A stretch of 59,667 nt of DNA, counting the filler, from Perkinsus olseni (Eukaryota): the NCBI GenBank assembly GCA_013115125.1. It is 7 parts of 7 records of this genome, joined end to end, with 100 filler letters (N's around TTAATTAATTAA, not from the genome) between each part and the next. Parts side by side here need not be neighbours in the genome. Positions count along the whole stretch, not along the records: positions 1 to 8,492 come from JABANN010000966.1; positions 8,593 to 17,066 come from JABANN010000967.1; 5 more parts are not named here. One strand, given 5' to 3'. A model generated the notes under the pieces. It was given only the letters and a program-made list of their open reading frames with translations, searched no databases and was not told where the DNA came from. The first letter of the stretch is position 1. Each line of letters opens with the position of its first letter. Shown in pieces: positions 1 through 12,566 of the stretch. The position numbers and the translations under genes were made by a program.

Positions 1-44
1 ATTGCACCCAGCGCGCGGCCCAAAAATGCGACTCAGCAAGCATA

Positions 45-292
45 GTGTACGAGTCGTGCTCGTGTACGAGTTGCCAGTGTATGAGATTCGCGTGTACGAA
101 CTTTAAGTGTACGACTCACTACATGAACGAGTATTATATGTACGAGTATCATGAGTACGAGTATTACGTGTATGAGTCTCAAGTGTACGAAATGACGATG
201 TATGAATCCAATGAGTGAACGAGTATTCAGTGTACGAGCCGTGTACGAAGCGATAGTGTACGAGTTTTCGGTGTACGAATTGTAATACACCC
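45..292 (-). repeat. Array of 16 GTGTACGA-like cores at ~15-bp period with variable spacers; putative Mutator/foldback-type transposon terminus
   Basis: Cores start at 45, 62, 77, 92, 107, 123, 138, 153, 168, 183, 198, 215, 230, 241, 256 and 271. Spacers are mostly 7 nt and differ from each other. The array ends at 292, reading GGGTGTATTACAATTCGTACAC on the minus strand. The transposon assignment is inference. Confidence 0.6.
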
Positions 293-619
293 ATGTTGTA
301 TGCCCTCAAGGCATATCCAAAATTACATCACATTTTTAATGCAGTGTGTCGGGCTTGCAGCTTGTACATGGCGACGCCTGGACTAGGCAACATGGTGCCT
401 CATCATCCGGGCTAGTTTGCTGAGGAAATCCTGCACTATGTGATCGATGTCACAGCAACGTTGTCACCTGTGATGATACAGAGCTATTCAGTCCAGTCGC
501 ATCTTGTCTAGGTGCAGGTCTTGGCGTGCCGGCATTGCCGACAGCCGGCAGTCTTGCCACTACACTACAGCTCGCTCGTACACGGCGAGCTGCCGCCGCC
601 GCGGTATAGTATTGCCTAT

Positions 620-897
620 GATCACGGCTCTTTGCTTGTGAGAGAGGCTCGCGACTTCGGTGACCCCGCCCATGGCATGTGGAACATCTACCCGACGGAG
701 GAATTGAACATCTACACAGACGCCTCCTCCATTGCGTTCGGCGCCGTGTTATGCATAGGCAGAGACCGTATTTGAGGACGGCACTTGGCTTATGGCTTCT
801 CCGAGAAAGCACGTGGCACATTAATATCACTGAGTTGAAGGCTGTGATAAGGGGGCTTGAAAGCTGCTATATCAACTTGGAAACTCTGAAGAAGTGA
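620..897 (+). pseudogene. Retrotransposon RNase H remnant (DIRS-like or LTR), frameshifted
   Basis: LNIYTDASSIAFGAVL in one frame and WHINITELKAVIRGL in another. YTDAS and HINxxELxA are retroelement RNase H motifs. A stop and a frame change lie between them. Confidence 0.65.
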
Positions 898-3027
898 TCA
901 TCGTTAGTATAGCAGCCATACTATAGCTAGTTCGTTATCTTGTGGCATCAATTAGATTGCCCGAACTGAAGAAGCATCCGCCAAACGCGATGGAGGGTCG
1001 TTGCATGTCAATTGCGAACTGATACCGGACCCATACCATCCCGAACATACTCTGATCCGTGGCCCAGCTACCATTAGCTTCGCGGGAGAGCTTGACTCAA
1101 TTTTGTTGTGTTTTTTGAAGCGACGTGGGTTGTATCTACAGATTGCCAAAACAAGCCACACAAGCCTTTGATGAGCCACACTTTGTTGAAGGCACACACG
1201 CCGAGGCGTGTGCCCAAATTTCTTTGGCAGAAATTTAGAATGTCTCGAAAAGTGATTCAGTTCCGCGAATATTCAGCGGGTTGGCCTGATACCTGCGGCT
1301 CCAACGTTTTGAGGTTGCTGTACCGACTCGATCCTCAGATTCCTTTCGCCCTCTAAGCTAAAACTGGAGTCGAAGGGAGTCGCTAGTGTGCATGCGAGGG
1401 TGGCGAATTTGATCGACATCAACCCGGAGCTTTCCCATGGTGAGTCTGCTGTTGATAAAAGTTCGGGATAGTTTCTCGTTCTTCGTCCACGACAAATGCT
1501 TATGGCCAACTGGCTCGGGATACGCGCTCTCTTACCTGTTCGTACCAGCGAATCACGGCTGGGGTAGCTTGCGGTTGAATACTGTGAGCTTCACGGCGCT
1601 GCTAAACGGAATGGGTATCTCACAGTGTAAGATATTCATCATATCTTGTAGCTAGATGGCTCGTTGATTCTAGCATCTTCATAATGTTTATGGATGCTTT
1701 GACGGATACCCGGTGGGATTGGATTTTTCAACCGGGAATTGTGATTGTTGTGCAGAAAACGTTTGCGATGCTCTAGAGAAAGCCTTTGTTGAAGCGAACC
1801 CCCACTGCCAAGAGGTGAGTACCACACCATCCGATACTCCTGAATTGCTCCTAACAGGTAATCACTCGAACATTGACAGGAGATGCCGTTGCCGAAAGTG
1901 ATGTGGAAAATGACGAAGTTTTCACAGAACATTACGAGAAGTTGAAGGTTGGAGATTCCTGTGTGTCCCTCTACCGCTAACATGCTGGTGCACTTCAGGA
2001 CTGGGCGTGGAGGTTCGGCTCGACTCCTGAGTTTTCCCACAACATGACGGGCAGAGTTGATGGTGTTGCTAATTTTGATGTGAGTGCTTCAACGGGGAGA
2101 CAACGGAAGGATAGTAGACCTCATTGGGAAGCCCTTTCAAGTCGAGTCTTTCGTCGTTACCTTCGAAGTCGCTCGGGACGTGTTCAGAGTGAAGGATATT
2201 CAACTCTCTTCTTACATTGCGAGTTATTTGAGTAGGGGTTCGTGGCTCTTGAAGGGCAACTGTGCGAGGAGCTTTGCTCTCGCGAGATTTGAGAGATCAC
2301 TTCTCGCAGCCAACTTTGCCGCCTATGATGTAACTGTAAGAGTCCTACTCTACGAGGACTCTGACTTCTGAGTACGACACTCCAGTGATTTTCTGACACA
2401 GATTCTATTTGAAATTTAAGTTTGATCATGCAGGTCCATATCGACGTTATCAAAGGTCGTATCATGGAATGTCGTATCTTTACTGATGCTCTCTACCCTG
2501 ACGTCATCGGTATGCTCGAGGAAGCGCTGCGGGGGGCTACGTAAGCCTTCACCAGGCGATCTGGAAGCCTTCGCATCCTTAGGGTTGCTGAGCTGCTCTC
2601 TTGAACCGTAGTGTCTCCTTATCAAAAGAAGCCTTTAGATACTCTGCAGAGTCTATACAAGATGCGCTTGAGTCGTTTGTCGTTAAGGGGAGGAGTTCAG
2701 CAGGTGAAGGCGGCGAGACACTAGTGAAGTCATTTTCACGATGGTTGACTTCTGAGATTTCTAAGGCGGGCTGAAAGCCCTTAATCCGTCGACCCTGGCG
2801 CTCTGCTTCTGATGTGTTTCAAGAGTACGTTCACTGCATTGTCTTTGGTGGAGTCAATGGAGGAGGAATGACAGAAACTTCGCACGAGGAGGTATCACAT
2901 CAACTGAGTCCAACATTGGCCGGAGCGTCGGCCGCTCGGAAGGAAGTCGAATCCATTCATCCGGTGAGCTCGCCCCGAAATACATCGATTGAGCGGTTGC
3001 AATTTCCCCTCGTTGCTCTCCAGAGAT

Positions 3028-3651
3028 ATGCGCTTCATATTCCTCGCTGCTCCAGTCTACGGTGGCATCTTAGGCTCTGCATCACGCAGCTATGAGCCAA
3101 TCCGTCAAATCACCGCTGTCGGCTCCAATATGCAAGCCCAGAGAGAGGTGAGAAAGGAAATCACCCGTGCCGTTTACGACAGGGTGATTGGAGACGTATA
3201 CTCAACGCTCTCGAACAACAAAGTGAATGGGACGAGGCTGACAGCTGAAGCGGTCTTCGACCTCGTTGTCCCCAAGATGGACTTGAACTTCTGGCGAGGC
3301 GCACATGAGAAAGTCCAGCCGGATTTCTCATTTTCTCTCAAATATAGACCTACACCGGAAAGGCGAGTTTTCCAATATCCCGGGGACCTCCGCCACTTGA
3401 GGTCTATAAGGATCCAGACTTGGGAAATACTTAACCGACGACTCTCAATTTGGGACTCCGCCCGACACATACTGCGCTCGAGGTCGACGAAAGCTTTCAA
3501 TGAGAAGTTCGGGGACTTCCTCAAGGCAGGGGAAGACGACTTCAAAAATATGTACTTCATACCTGATGGTGATCGTGGTGGGACGGATCACATCATTCTA
3601 ACCATTGGTGGTAACCTATTTCGTTTGTATCCGAAATCGGCTCCCGAGTGA
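3028..3651 (+). CDS. Intronless lineage-specific, probably secreted protein (207 aa)
   Basis: ATG at 3028 with a hydrophobic N-terminus (MRFIFLAAPVYGGILGSAS). The paralogue at 7872 shares the start and internal motifs (GTRL, FW.G, V.PDF..SL.Y.PT, QYPG). Confidence 0.7.
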   Translation: MRFIFLAAPVYGGILGSASRSYEPIRQITAVGSNMQAQREVRKEITRAVYDRVIGDVYSTLSNNKVNGTRLTAEAVFDLVVPKMDLNFWRGAHEKVQPDFSFSLKYRPTPERRVFQYPGDLRHLRSIRIQTWEILNRRLSIWDSARHILRSRSTKAFNEKFGDFLKAGEDDFKNMYFIPDGDRGGTDHIILTIGGNLFRLYPKSAPE

Positions 3652-4699
3652 AACACTGATGACGATTAAAGTGTGATTGAGAAAATGTGCCGTAATGTCC
3701 TGTTAGTTGTGTAAAGGCAGATATCTCTCTTTGGTTGAAGTGGACGTTACAATGTCTGGGGGAAGAGTAAAGCATCTGTATCACATTTGTGCGCACACTC
3801 GAGACCCAGTAAGTTTGCTGTATGGGAAAGCATCTAAGGTTGAAGCAAGGTCCTGCTGAAATCTACCGCCACGAATCAAGTACAGGTTCGGCTGCCGAAC
3901 TTCGGTGGGGGCCCAAAAAACACACTCGAGATAGACAGGTGTAGGCTGGGTTTGACATCGCTGAGTCGCCTTGACCGCTGAAACTTCGAAGCGGGGCTTG
4001 GGTCACGAAGAGAAAGGAGAAGTCGCTAGCATTCCTGGCAGAATCCTCCTGTATCCACAATTACATCACATTATTAATGCTGTGTCATTAGTGATGCATC
4101 TTGTGGATGTCAATATCTGGACTACGGAAGATATTGTCTCATTATACGGGATAGTTTGCAGCAGAAATTCTGCAGCATTTGATCGATGTCACCTGTAACA
4201 AGATAGAATTTTTCAGTCCAATCGCAGCCTGTCTAGGGCAGGCCTTGGCGTGCCCTTAGTCAGCAATGCTCTCTGCTACCCTTCGACAAGGATACTTCCA
4301 ACATCTCTCAGCCAGGAAGGCTTTCAAACCAGCCATAGTATACGCGTCACGTGTTCGCTTGAATATATCCAAGGAAAAGGACGTGAATTTTGTTGCGGCT
4401 AACTTTCGTTGGTTTACAAGCCGGAGGACCAGCCTTGTGCGATGGCAGTGTAGCCACTACCATTTGCAGGCAATAGCATCAAAGGAACTGCCACCGCTGG
4501 ATCTGAAGGGCTGGCCAATCTAGTGGATCTGGACCGAATTGGGCTTGGACGTTCGCTAGCTACTACCCGGTCTTTGGCTGGACGCCTAGTAGTCTCCTGT
4601 TCACGGCGAACGGCCGCAGCCATCTGTATGGATTCTGGGCCCACCTGTGATGAGTCATCACTGATGACATCACAGTGATGTTGTTTACCATCATATCTC

Positions 4700-4945
4700 T
4701 TGGTTTCTGAGAGAGTGGCTCACGTGTATGGCGATCCCGTCGGTGCCATGTGGCATATATACCCAAAGGAACGATTGGACGTCTACACAGACGCCAGCAC
4801 CATCGCGCTCGGTACTGCGTTGTTCATAGGAAAAGATCGTATTCGAAGACGGCCCTTGGCTTCTCCGAGATTCCAAACCACACATCAGCGTCATTGAGCG
4901 GAAGGCTGTGATAAGGGGGCTTTAAAGCTGCTGTATCAATTTGAT
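4700..4945 (+). pseudogene. Second, more decayed copy of the RNase H remnant
   Basis: LDVYTDASTIALGTAL, then HISVIERKAVIRGL* in another frame. Clear nucleotide similarity to 620-890. Confidence 0.6.
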
Positions 4946-6137
4946 ACTATCAAAGACTTCTCGTTGCGTTTCTTTCCTGATGATGATGGAACACGCTGGT
5001 GACCCACGACTCACGTGTCTAATTGATTGCAACGACATGCACAACATATTGATCTGCTGTATTTCTATCAATATTTTTCTCTTTAATCGATATCGGTGTT
5101 GTGTTTATTTCAATTTCGATGACAGTCGGGGACCGGCAATAATAAGCTGCGCGTCAACCAGGCCAGGAGTAATGGTGGCAAGAGGTACCAGGCCGAGGCG
5201 TCGTACGATAGGCATAGTTTATTCGCTGATCTCCATACCAATGATATTTTTGTGATAATGACACGTACCTATGCGGCCTGCAACTACCTCTATTCCATCC
5301 ACAGTGTTCCGATCGGCAGTCAGGTTATTATATACCAACCGTTTGGCGAAGGAACTCTAGCCCGCGATCATACACGACTGCTACAAACTTCAGAACGCCT
5401 TCTGCCGCTGGCTGGTGTGAACATACCCCGGCCTCTCCGTCAGAGATCTTCCACCTCCTACTCCTATGGCGTTTTCGTTGGGGTTACCGTGGAGATACTG
5501 AGTTTTGGACTCTTGGGCGACGTATGCCCAGGCACTCTGTGCGATTCTCTCTACTCTGGTCGTCATCGTTGTCCTTGCGTCACCACGGGGATGATTCCGG
5601 GTTGGGTGGTTAAGCTGGTTATCGAGGCCGAGGTCGACGAAGAGGATCTCAACGGGCAGATTATCTGGCGCAGATACAACGCAAATGGCTCGAGGACGAG
5701 TTTACCATTACCAGCTCAGCTCTCAGTCGCCTCTTCGTTCGACCTTCTCAGGATAGTAGGTTCTTCGATCCTCTTCAGGTTTTTGGGCTCCATTCAATAA
5801 CTCCTCTCCTTGTCAGATCACGTTGGAGTCTGCCTTCATTAAGCCGAGTAGCGTCTCCGGTATCGTCGACAGTACCGTCAACGACGTCAATCAGCATGGA
5901 GGATGCGATCTGGTGATCTGGAACAAAGCCTCTCAAGGCCAAGGCGAGAATGATACTGGAATCAAGCCCCCTAAGAACCATCTGGTTCGCTTATCGCCAT
6001 CTAAATTGCCGGATGATGTTAGGGCCCAGATAATGAACCGAAGGTAGGCTACTGCTCAACTTAGTTGAATCGTGTGAGTCCTTCGCTTGTGCTTCTCCTC
6101 TTAGGTACAACGGCGAGCCAGAGCAGCAGCCTGCTGC

Positions 6138-6395
6138 CAGCAGGCCAACAACCGCAATGGTCAGCAGGCCAACAACCGCAATGGTCAGCAGGCCAACAAC
6201 CGCAATGGTCAGCAGGGCAACAACCGCAATACTCAGCAGGGCAACAACCGCAATGATCAGCAGGGGAACAACCGCAATACTCAGCAGGGCAACAACCGCA
6301 ATGATCAGCAGGGGAACAACCGCAATACTCAGCAGGGGAACAACCGCAATGATCAGCAGGGGAACAACAACAATGGTCAGCAGGGGAACAATCAG
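6138..6395. repeat. 24-bp minisatellite, 10 full units plus a partial one
   Basis: Unit CAGCAGG(c/g)(c/g)AACAACCGCAAT(gg/ac/ga)T repeats from 6138 in steps of 24 bp. Confidence 0.95.
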
Positions 6396-7871
6396 GTAGG
6401 CAGCAGACGAGAAGTTGAAAGTAGGGTATTCCTGTACGCCCCTTTTTTGCAAGCATGCGTCTACTGCCGGACTGGGCGTGGAGGTTCGGCTCGACTCCTG
6501 AGTTTTCCCACAACATGACGGGCAGGGTTGATGATGTTGCTAATTTCGATGTGAGGGGCTTCATGGGGGGGGCACTGCAACGGAAGGACATCATTGGGGT
6601 TCCCTCTAGGTCGGGTCTTTCGTCTCTACGGTCGGAATCAGGCATGTTCAGAGTGAAGAAGGTTTAACTTTCTTTTTGTTCTGCTCATTGCGAGATGTTA
6701 GAGTATGGAGTTGGGGCTGTGCGCGGGGCTTTGGCTTCGAGAAGTTGGAAAAATCACTTCTCCCGCTCAACTTTGCCGCGTATGATGCGACTCTGTTCAA
6801 AATCTAAGTTTGATCATTGCAGGTTCATCTCGACGTTATTAAGGGACGTATCGTCGAATGCCGTGTCTTTACTGATGCTCTCTACCCTGACGTTATTGGT
6901 ATGCTCGAGGAAGCGCTCCGAGGGGGCTACGTAAGCCTTCACTAGACTAGCTGGCGGTCTTGTTAGGAGTTGTCGAGCTCCTCTTGGCCGGTGATCAACA
7001 GGTACTCTGCAGAGTCGATAAGAGAAGCGCTCGAATCGACTGTGGTTTTCGGGAGGACTGCGGCGGGCGAAGGCGGCGAGATACTGGTGAAGTCCTTTTC
7101 ACGATGGTTGACTTCTGAGATTTCTAAGGCGGGCTGAAGGCCAAGAATTCGTCAAGCCGGCCGCTCTGCTTCTGATGTGTTTCAAGAGTACGATCACTGT
7201 AATGTCTCTGGTTGAGTCAATGGAGGAGAATTGAATGAGAGCTTGCACAACAGTACACTGGACAGCGGGATCGCCGCGATCCGATCGCGCCCCTGGACGA
7301 CGATCTGTGTGTTGTGGGCTCTACTCGTTCGCTCTAGGTACCGAAGAAGTACTCCTTGTCTTCCTTACCTTGAAGGGGCATCGTGCCTGCTGGTTGCGTA
7401 CCCTGACAGACTCTGTGCGTATCCTGCTTGGTTGGTTCATCCCTCGGCCGTCGTAACAGAGCAGAGCACTAGATCAACGCCATTCTATTCCACTTATATT
7501 TGCTAATTCTCATCTCGCGTTGGTTGCTCGGCAGCTCAAGCGCTATGTTGAATACACGTATCGGCGATACGTTGTCGCTACCGGGTGGAAGCACGTGTTG
7601 CGGTGCCGGAGAAACCAGCCTCCCGATGAGGTCTTCCTCCCCGGTAACCATGCCCGAATGGTGGGCGAGAAAAAAAGAGAGTCTCTGAGTTAATCGGTGT
7701 TACTGCGTGAAGGGAAGCGTCACGCCCGCTGACTCCGATATTGACGGAAGATTCGGCCGCCCGGAAGGTTCTTGAATCTCGCTCATCCTTAAACACGGTG
7801 AGCTCGCCCCAAACTGTATCGTCAGACCGATCGAGCGGTTGCGGTTTTCCCTCTCTTCCCCGTCTTCGCTT

Positions 7872-8290
7872 ATGCGCTTTATCTACTTCGCTGCTGTGTT
7901 GGGTAGCATCCTGGGCTCTGTATCTTGCAGTCTCAAGCCTATTTTTGAAGAAAGCGGTTTGGGCCCATATGCGCATTGCGCATTGCGCAAGCCCGCCTAG
8001 ATGCAATACGCCAGAGCAAAGCGAGAAATGCAGTCAGTCGTGCCGTTTACAGAAGGCTGGCTGGAAGAGGATATTCAACGCTGACAGCGTTACGCTGTTG
8101 AACAACACAGCGGATGGGACGAGACTGGTAGCTAACGCGGCCTTTGACTCTGAGTTCAGAAAGGTGCGCATGAAGTTTTGGCAAGGGGAAAATAAGAAAG
8201 TCGAGCCGGATTTCTTATCTTCTCTCCGCTATCTACCTACACGGGGTTGGCAGGATTCTCAATATCCCGGTAACTTTTTACAACAGGTGA
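7872..8290 (+). pseudogene. Paralogue of 3028-3651 frameshifted by two 14-bp palindromic insertions; 3' end lost in low-quality sequence
   Basis: Removing the insertions within 7969-7990 and 8077-8098 gives one frame: MRFIYFAAVLGSILGSVS...GPYAQARLDAIRQSKARNAVSRAVYRRLAGRGYSTLLNNTADGTRL..., collinear with the intact copy. Confidence 0.8.
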
Positions 8291-8325
8291 CGTGGCCCCC
8301 GGGGGGGGGCCCCCCCCGCCCGGGG

Positions 8326-8401
<76 letters not shown>

Positions 8402-8492
8402 GGGGCCCCCCCCCCCCCCCGGCGCGCGCGCATTACATTATCTTCTGGTATCGTGCTCAAAACGTGTCAATGGAGCCGATTTTTGAAACGAG

Positions 8493-8592
8493 NNNNNNNN
8501 NNNNNNNNNNNNNNNNNNNNNNNNNNNNNNNNNNNNTTAATTAATTAANNNNNNNNNNNNNNNNNNNNNNNNNNNNNNNNNNNNNNNNNNNN
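8493..8592. other. Artificial contig linker
   Basis: 44 N + TTAATTAATTAA (stops in all six frames) + 44 N. Confidence 0.99.
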
Positions 8593-8703
8593 TATGGCGC
8601 GCGACGATTTGTACGTACAGATGTCAATACGTACGGATGAAAATACGTACAGATGTATGGTAACCTTTCCCTGGGCATACAGCATGGCGCTAAACCCCCG
8701 TCC

Positions 8704-9366
8704 ACCCAGTGTGACCAGATACTTCTGCTGGCTCGTGAGCGGTACATAGGTAAGGGGTGCCTTGTATAGCGTTGGATCACCGGCTCCGAGGAGAAGCTCT
8801 CCTTGAGTTGGTATCGAATGCGGCAGGCTCCTTAGGTAGAGAGCGAAGGTTTTACTTGTTACTTCTCCTTGCAGCTGGTCCATGAGGGAGTGGTAGCCAG
8901 GCGTTACAACCCTACCAAGACCAATGCTGTGAACTGGGGTTAGCACATCAGGGGGTGGATCTTGAAAATTTACAAGCCCGAATGTGATACCATCAACGCT
9001 CATCGGGCCAAATCCAAGATTCCCACTGTGTGGAAAAATATGGACTTCCGTTCCGTCTTCGAACTTGAGGTCCGTTATAGGGCCAACCGTACAGTGCGGG
9101 CACGCATAAGCGCCCGTTGAGAGCAGGGAGCTAGCACCAGGGTAGGTGAGACCGTCGTACCACTCTGCCCAAGTGAAGAATAGAGCGGATGATCCAGTGC
9201 CGATCTGGGCCCAAATCTGCTGATTATCCACCAATAGACCACCGGTTAGAGCATAACCATATCTGGGTAAGAAGCTATACGCGGTATTCACTCTGAGTAC
9301 TTGGCCATATGCGCCCGAGAATACCCAAATTCCCACCCGAAGGGCGAGTGCGAAGGTTCCGCGCAT
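8704..9366 (-). pseudogene. A1 (pepsin-like) aspartic protease copy; first catalytic Asp replaced by Gly; C-terminal lobe missing
   Basis: Close paralogue of 12567-13661 but reads QIGTGSS instead of QVDTGSS. Homology stops after YLVTLG at ~8704, before the second DTG. Confidence 0.8.
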
Positions 9367-12300
9367 CACGAAAACTCGTAACTAAGAGAGGCCGCTATCA
9401 GAATCCCGTTGTTCAGCGAGGGGTTTTGCAGAGCGACGTTGTAATCGATCGTGTCACTGGTAGACAGAGGGCTGTCTCCCGGACCGGGAGTCCCGGTTAT
9501 CCTAGACTTCATTGACATGGCTTTATGAATCGTAGTCCATGAGGTAGCATGACTTCGACGAAGCGATCCAGACGGAGACGTAGTCACTCGAATGTCTGAG
9601 CCGTTATAGCTCCGCGTACGCTGGACAGACAGTGAAGGCGGATCTAACGTGGATTGATAGTAGACGCCGGAACGTGTGGAACTTGTCACTGGGGACGGCT
9701 ATGTCCCTTCGTGATGTCACTAGGAGTCATCACGGGAATAGCATACGAATCGTGGGGATCGATCGCGGCAAATCCAGGAGGCCATTGTTGCCGAGCGAAG
9801 GAGGTCTAGCATCGACAACTCACAAGGCAAGGTTTAATCTCCACTGTCATTCTCTGCTCGTAGTACACTGCTACTTTTTCCACAGTCGTCAGTGCGTGAC
9901 GCACGGCGCATCAACACCAACGTATAGACGTGACGTTGCTAGCGTCACCCTTGCGCGCTACCCGTGCTGCCTCACTGAGTGGTCAGCCGGTATCATTATA
10001 CGCCTGTCATCGGCATCCACGAAGCCTGAATCCCCGAGAGATGAGCGATAACCGAATCGATTACACAAACTCAATGCGCTTCCGTTGAGGCTGGCGTTGC
10101 GTGGTCGGCGTCACGAGGGGACGGGATGCAACAACATGATTCTGTGCATCACTATTAATATGCATTACGCCCTGCCTCTCCACGCGGATTCTCACTACGA
10201 GTCGGTGGGATCGATCCATCAGTCTTCCGAGTCGGAATTTCAGATGGCCTGGGCATCATAACCAGCGCCGCGTTCCAATCCTTCTGCGGGGCCTGGCGTG
10301 CGTTATCGTTGAGAATCCACTCGACTTGGTGGTCGGGATTGCGGTCAGTATCGTGGCCTGAGAGAGCCAGCGCTGGGATAACGGGTCCCACAGGTGTCTG
10401 TATTAGGCTTTCTGCTCCAGGTCCAGTGAGAATGTGGAATCGTATCAGCTGAGCTCCGATATTGAGAATTAAATTAATCCAACCCACGCTGCATCATTGC
10501 TTGGTACTCGCTGAAGCACCGAGGTGTGGTGCTTCTTGTAATGTGCAGGACACGCCTACAAGGTCCCAGGCGTGCGCCGTTCCTCTAATTTTTCGTCAGC
10601 CATGTCATTCAAAGAGCAGCTTACGTGACGAGTTCTAGATGACAGATACAGTTAGGGTTCGCTCACGACGATGCCGAGAAGAAGTATGAGGTTGAAAGCG
10701 ACCCAAGCACCCTCTACTATGTTACGAGTTCGCTGCTAGCTAGTAATTGGTTACATTGTGGCGGATAGCATTCCCATGTAATCTACGATCCAGGTTTGTT
10801 TCGAAATGGCAGCACCCTCGCGTTCGTAGCGTTAAGCAGGTGTCGCCAACTCGAGGGGCTAATTCGAGCCTTCTCTCCCGCACTTCACGAACATGGTGTT
10901 TCAAGGACGATTCCGTTACTCGTGACCGCCACGTGTCCGCCAGAACGTCAAGTAGCTTGGCCGGCGTAAAGGACCGGTTCTCCCTCGTTTCGATGCTTGT
11001 GGCCTCCACGGAGTGCCCCCTCAGTGATGAGTTCAACCCTCGTGACTACGACACTGGTAGCAGCATTTGGAGACAGCTCAAATGCATAGTGATTTGTTTG
11101 CAGTACCCTGCCTTCATTTCCCGTTGAACGGAGACGCCCTCGACCCGACGGCATTATCGGGCTACACGGAGGCGGAAAACTTCTACCTAGGTCTCACCTG
11201 AGGGTCGAGGTTCCGAAGGGTTTTGCGATCTCTGCCGATTCAGCTCCGCACGGCACTAGAGCATCTCGCGGAAGGAGGGACTCTGGTGAGGTCCGAGCAT
11301 TACCTCCTATCATCCTTTTCGCGTCGAGCTGATCACACGGATTGGGCAGGTCGTGCATCGGGCAAGCGGATCGGGCGTGGATCGGACACGGGTTGCTTTA
11401 CAGTTGAAGTATGTGCCAGCAAAACAACGCGAACGTCATTTGCTGAATTGAGTGGCGTCGTGTTAAGTATCAAAACCCTCGGCAAAACGGGACCACGGGG
11501 CATCGAGTCGAGAGCAGCTCTTCCCTTCCATCCCAGCTGTAGTACTCAGTAACCGAAGACCTCAAATGATTGCGCAGCTTTTGAGTTGTGCAACAAGGGG
11601 CTATGAGGGGTGAACCCTCAATCAAGTCGACTCTCTGTAGCGTCCGAGAGAGCACTCTCTACGTAATTCTCCAATCCAGCATAGACGAGATCAGGTGAGT
11701 TTTCGCCTTAGGCGGTAACGATTGCAAATGAGTGGAGGAAACACTGAGGGACTGTCGATAGCGCAAAGGCTACCGAAGGCCAAGACGCTTCACCTAGTCA
11801 TTCGAACGTACAGGAGGATCCGATATGGTGGGCGCTTCGGCGGCTCTTCGAAGCAGCATCGGCCAACTCTTGGAGTAGCTCTCAACTCCCGCATGGAGCC
11901 TCCAGCCAGGGTAAAGCAGTATGTGAGTGCATTTCGAGCACCGACCGACTTGCTTTGGGACCAACTGATTTGGTCTGGGCTTTCCGTGACTGCTCTGGGG
12001 CCCTAGTATTTTGGTCTAGACCAGGACTGCTAACGGCATACCTCGAACGTGAGAGTATCGGGAGCACCATGTGGGAGAGTTTGACCGAGCCCCGCCTCAA
12101 GCAAATGACTCAAGATGCCATCAAGATTGATAACTTACTACTAAGGCATAGGCCTAATGACTTCGGCGACTTCTGACACGGCTTGGCCCGAGCAAGAGAA
12201 TCTCGCTCGCAGTTGGGCGCAAGCTCGCTAAGTGCGACAAGACAGACAGGGAGATAGGTTACGCAGTGCGTAATACGCACCACCCAGAATCGGACATTCA

Positions 12301-12566
12301 TCGGAGAAGTTCTCCGGGAGAACATCATAGTCGGACCGAATCAATGAGGACAATGAGTACCGACCAAGACACGACAAGATATTACTGATCTCACTCATCA
12401 TGAGTTTACTCTTACAACTCTACATGGCAAATCCACGCCAACGCCCCGTTGGCTCGCTGACTACGGGTACTCAATGGAAAAAAGTTTCATCATTTACCAG
12501 AACATGAAAAGATCTCGCTGCATGCTAGAAGAGAGTCCTGAGAGGGAGCCTTCCTTGACCTTACCG

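Larger units (their letters stand above)
322..8275. repeat. Diverged tandem segmental duplication (copy A ~322-3400, copy B ~4051-8275)
   Basis: Collinear shared blocks by eye: 322-895 with 4051-4945, 1980-2870 with 6452-7230, and 2930-3390 with 7748-8275. Boundaries are approximate. Confidence 0.8.

Noticed and set aside
45-292. CRISPR-like repeat-spacer array
   Set aside because: An 8-nt core with 7-nt spacers is far below CRISPR dimensions; eukaryotic context and no cas genes.
8295-8425. Poly-C tract giving formin-like polyproline ORFs
   Set aside because: Homopolymer run near a contig end that interrupts paralogue homology; most likely low-quality sequence.
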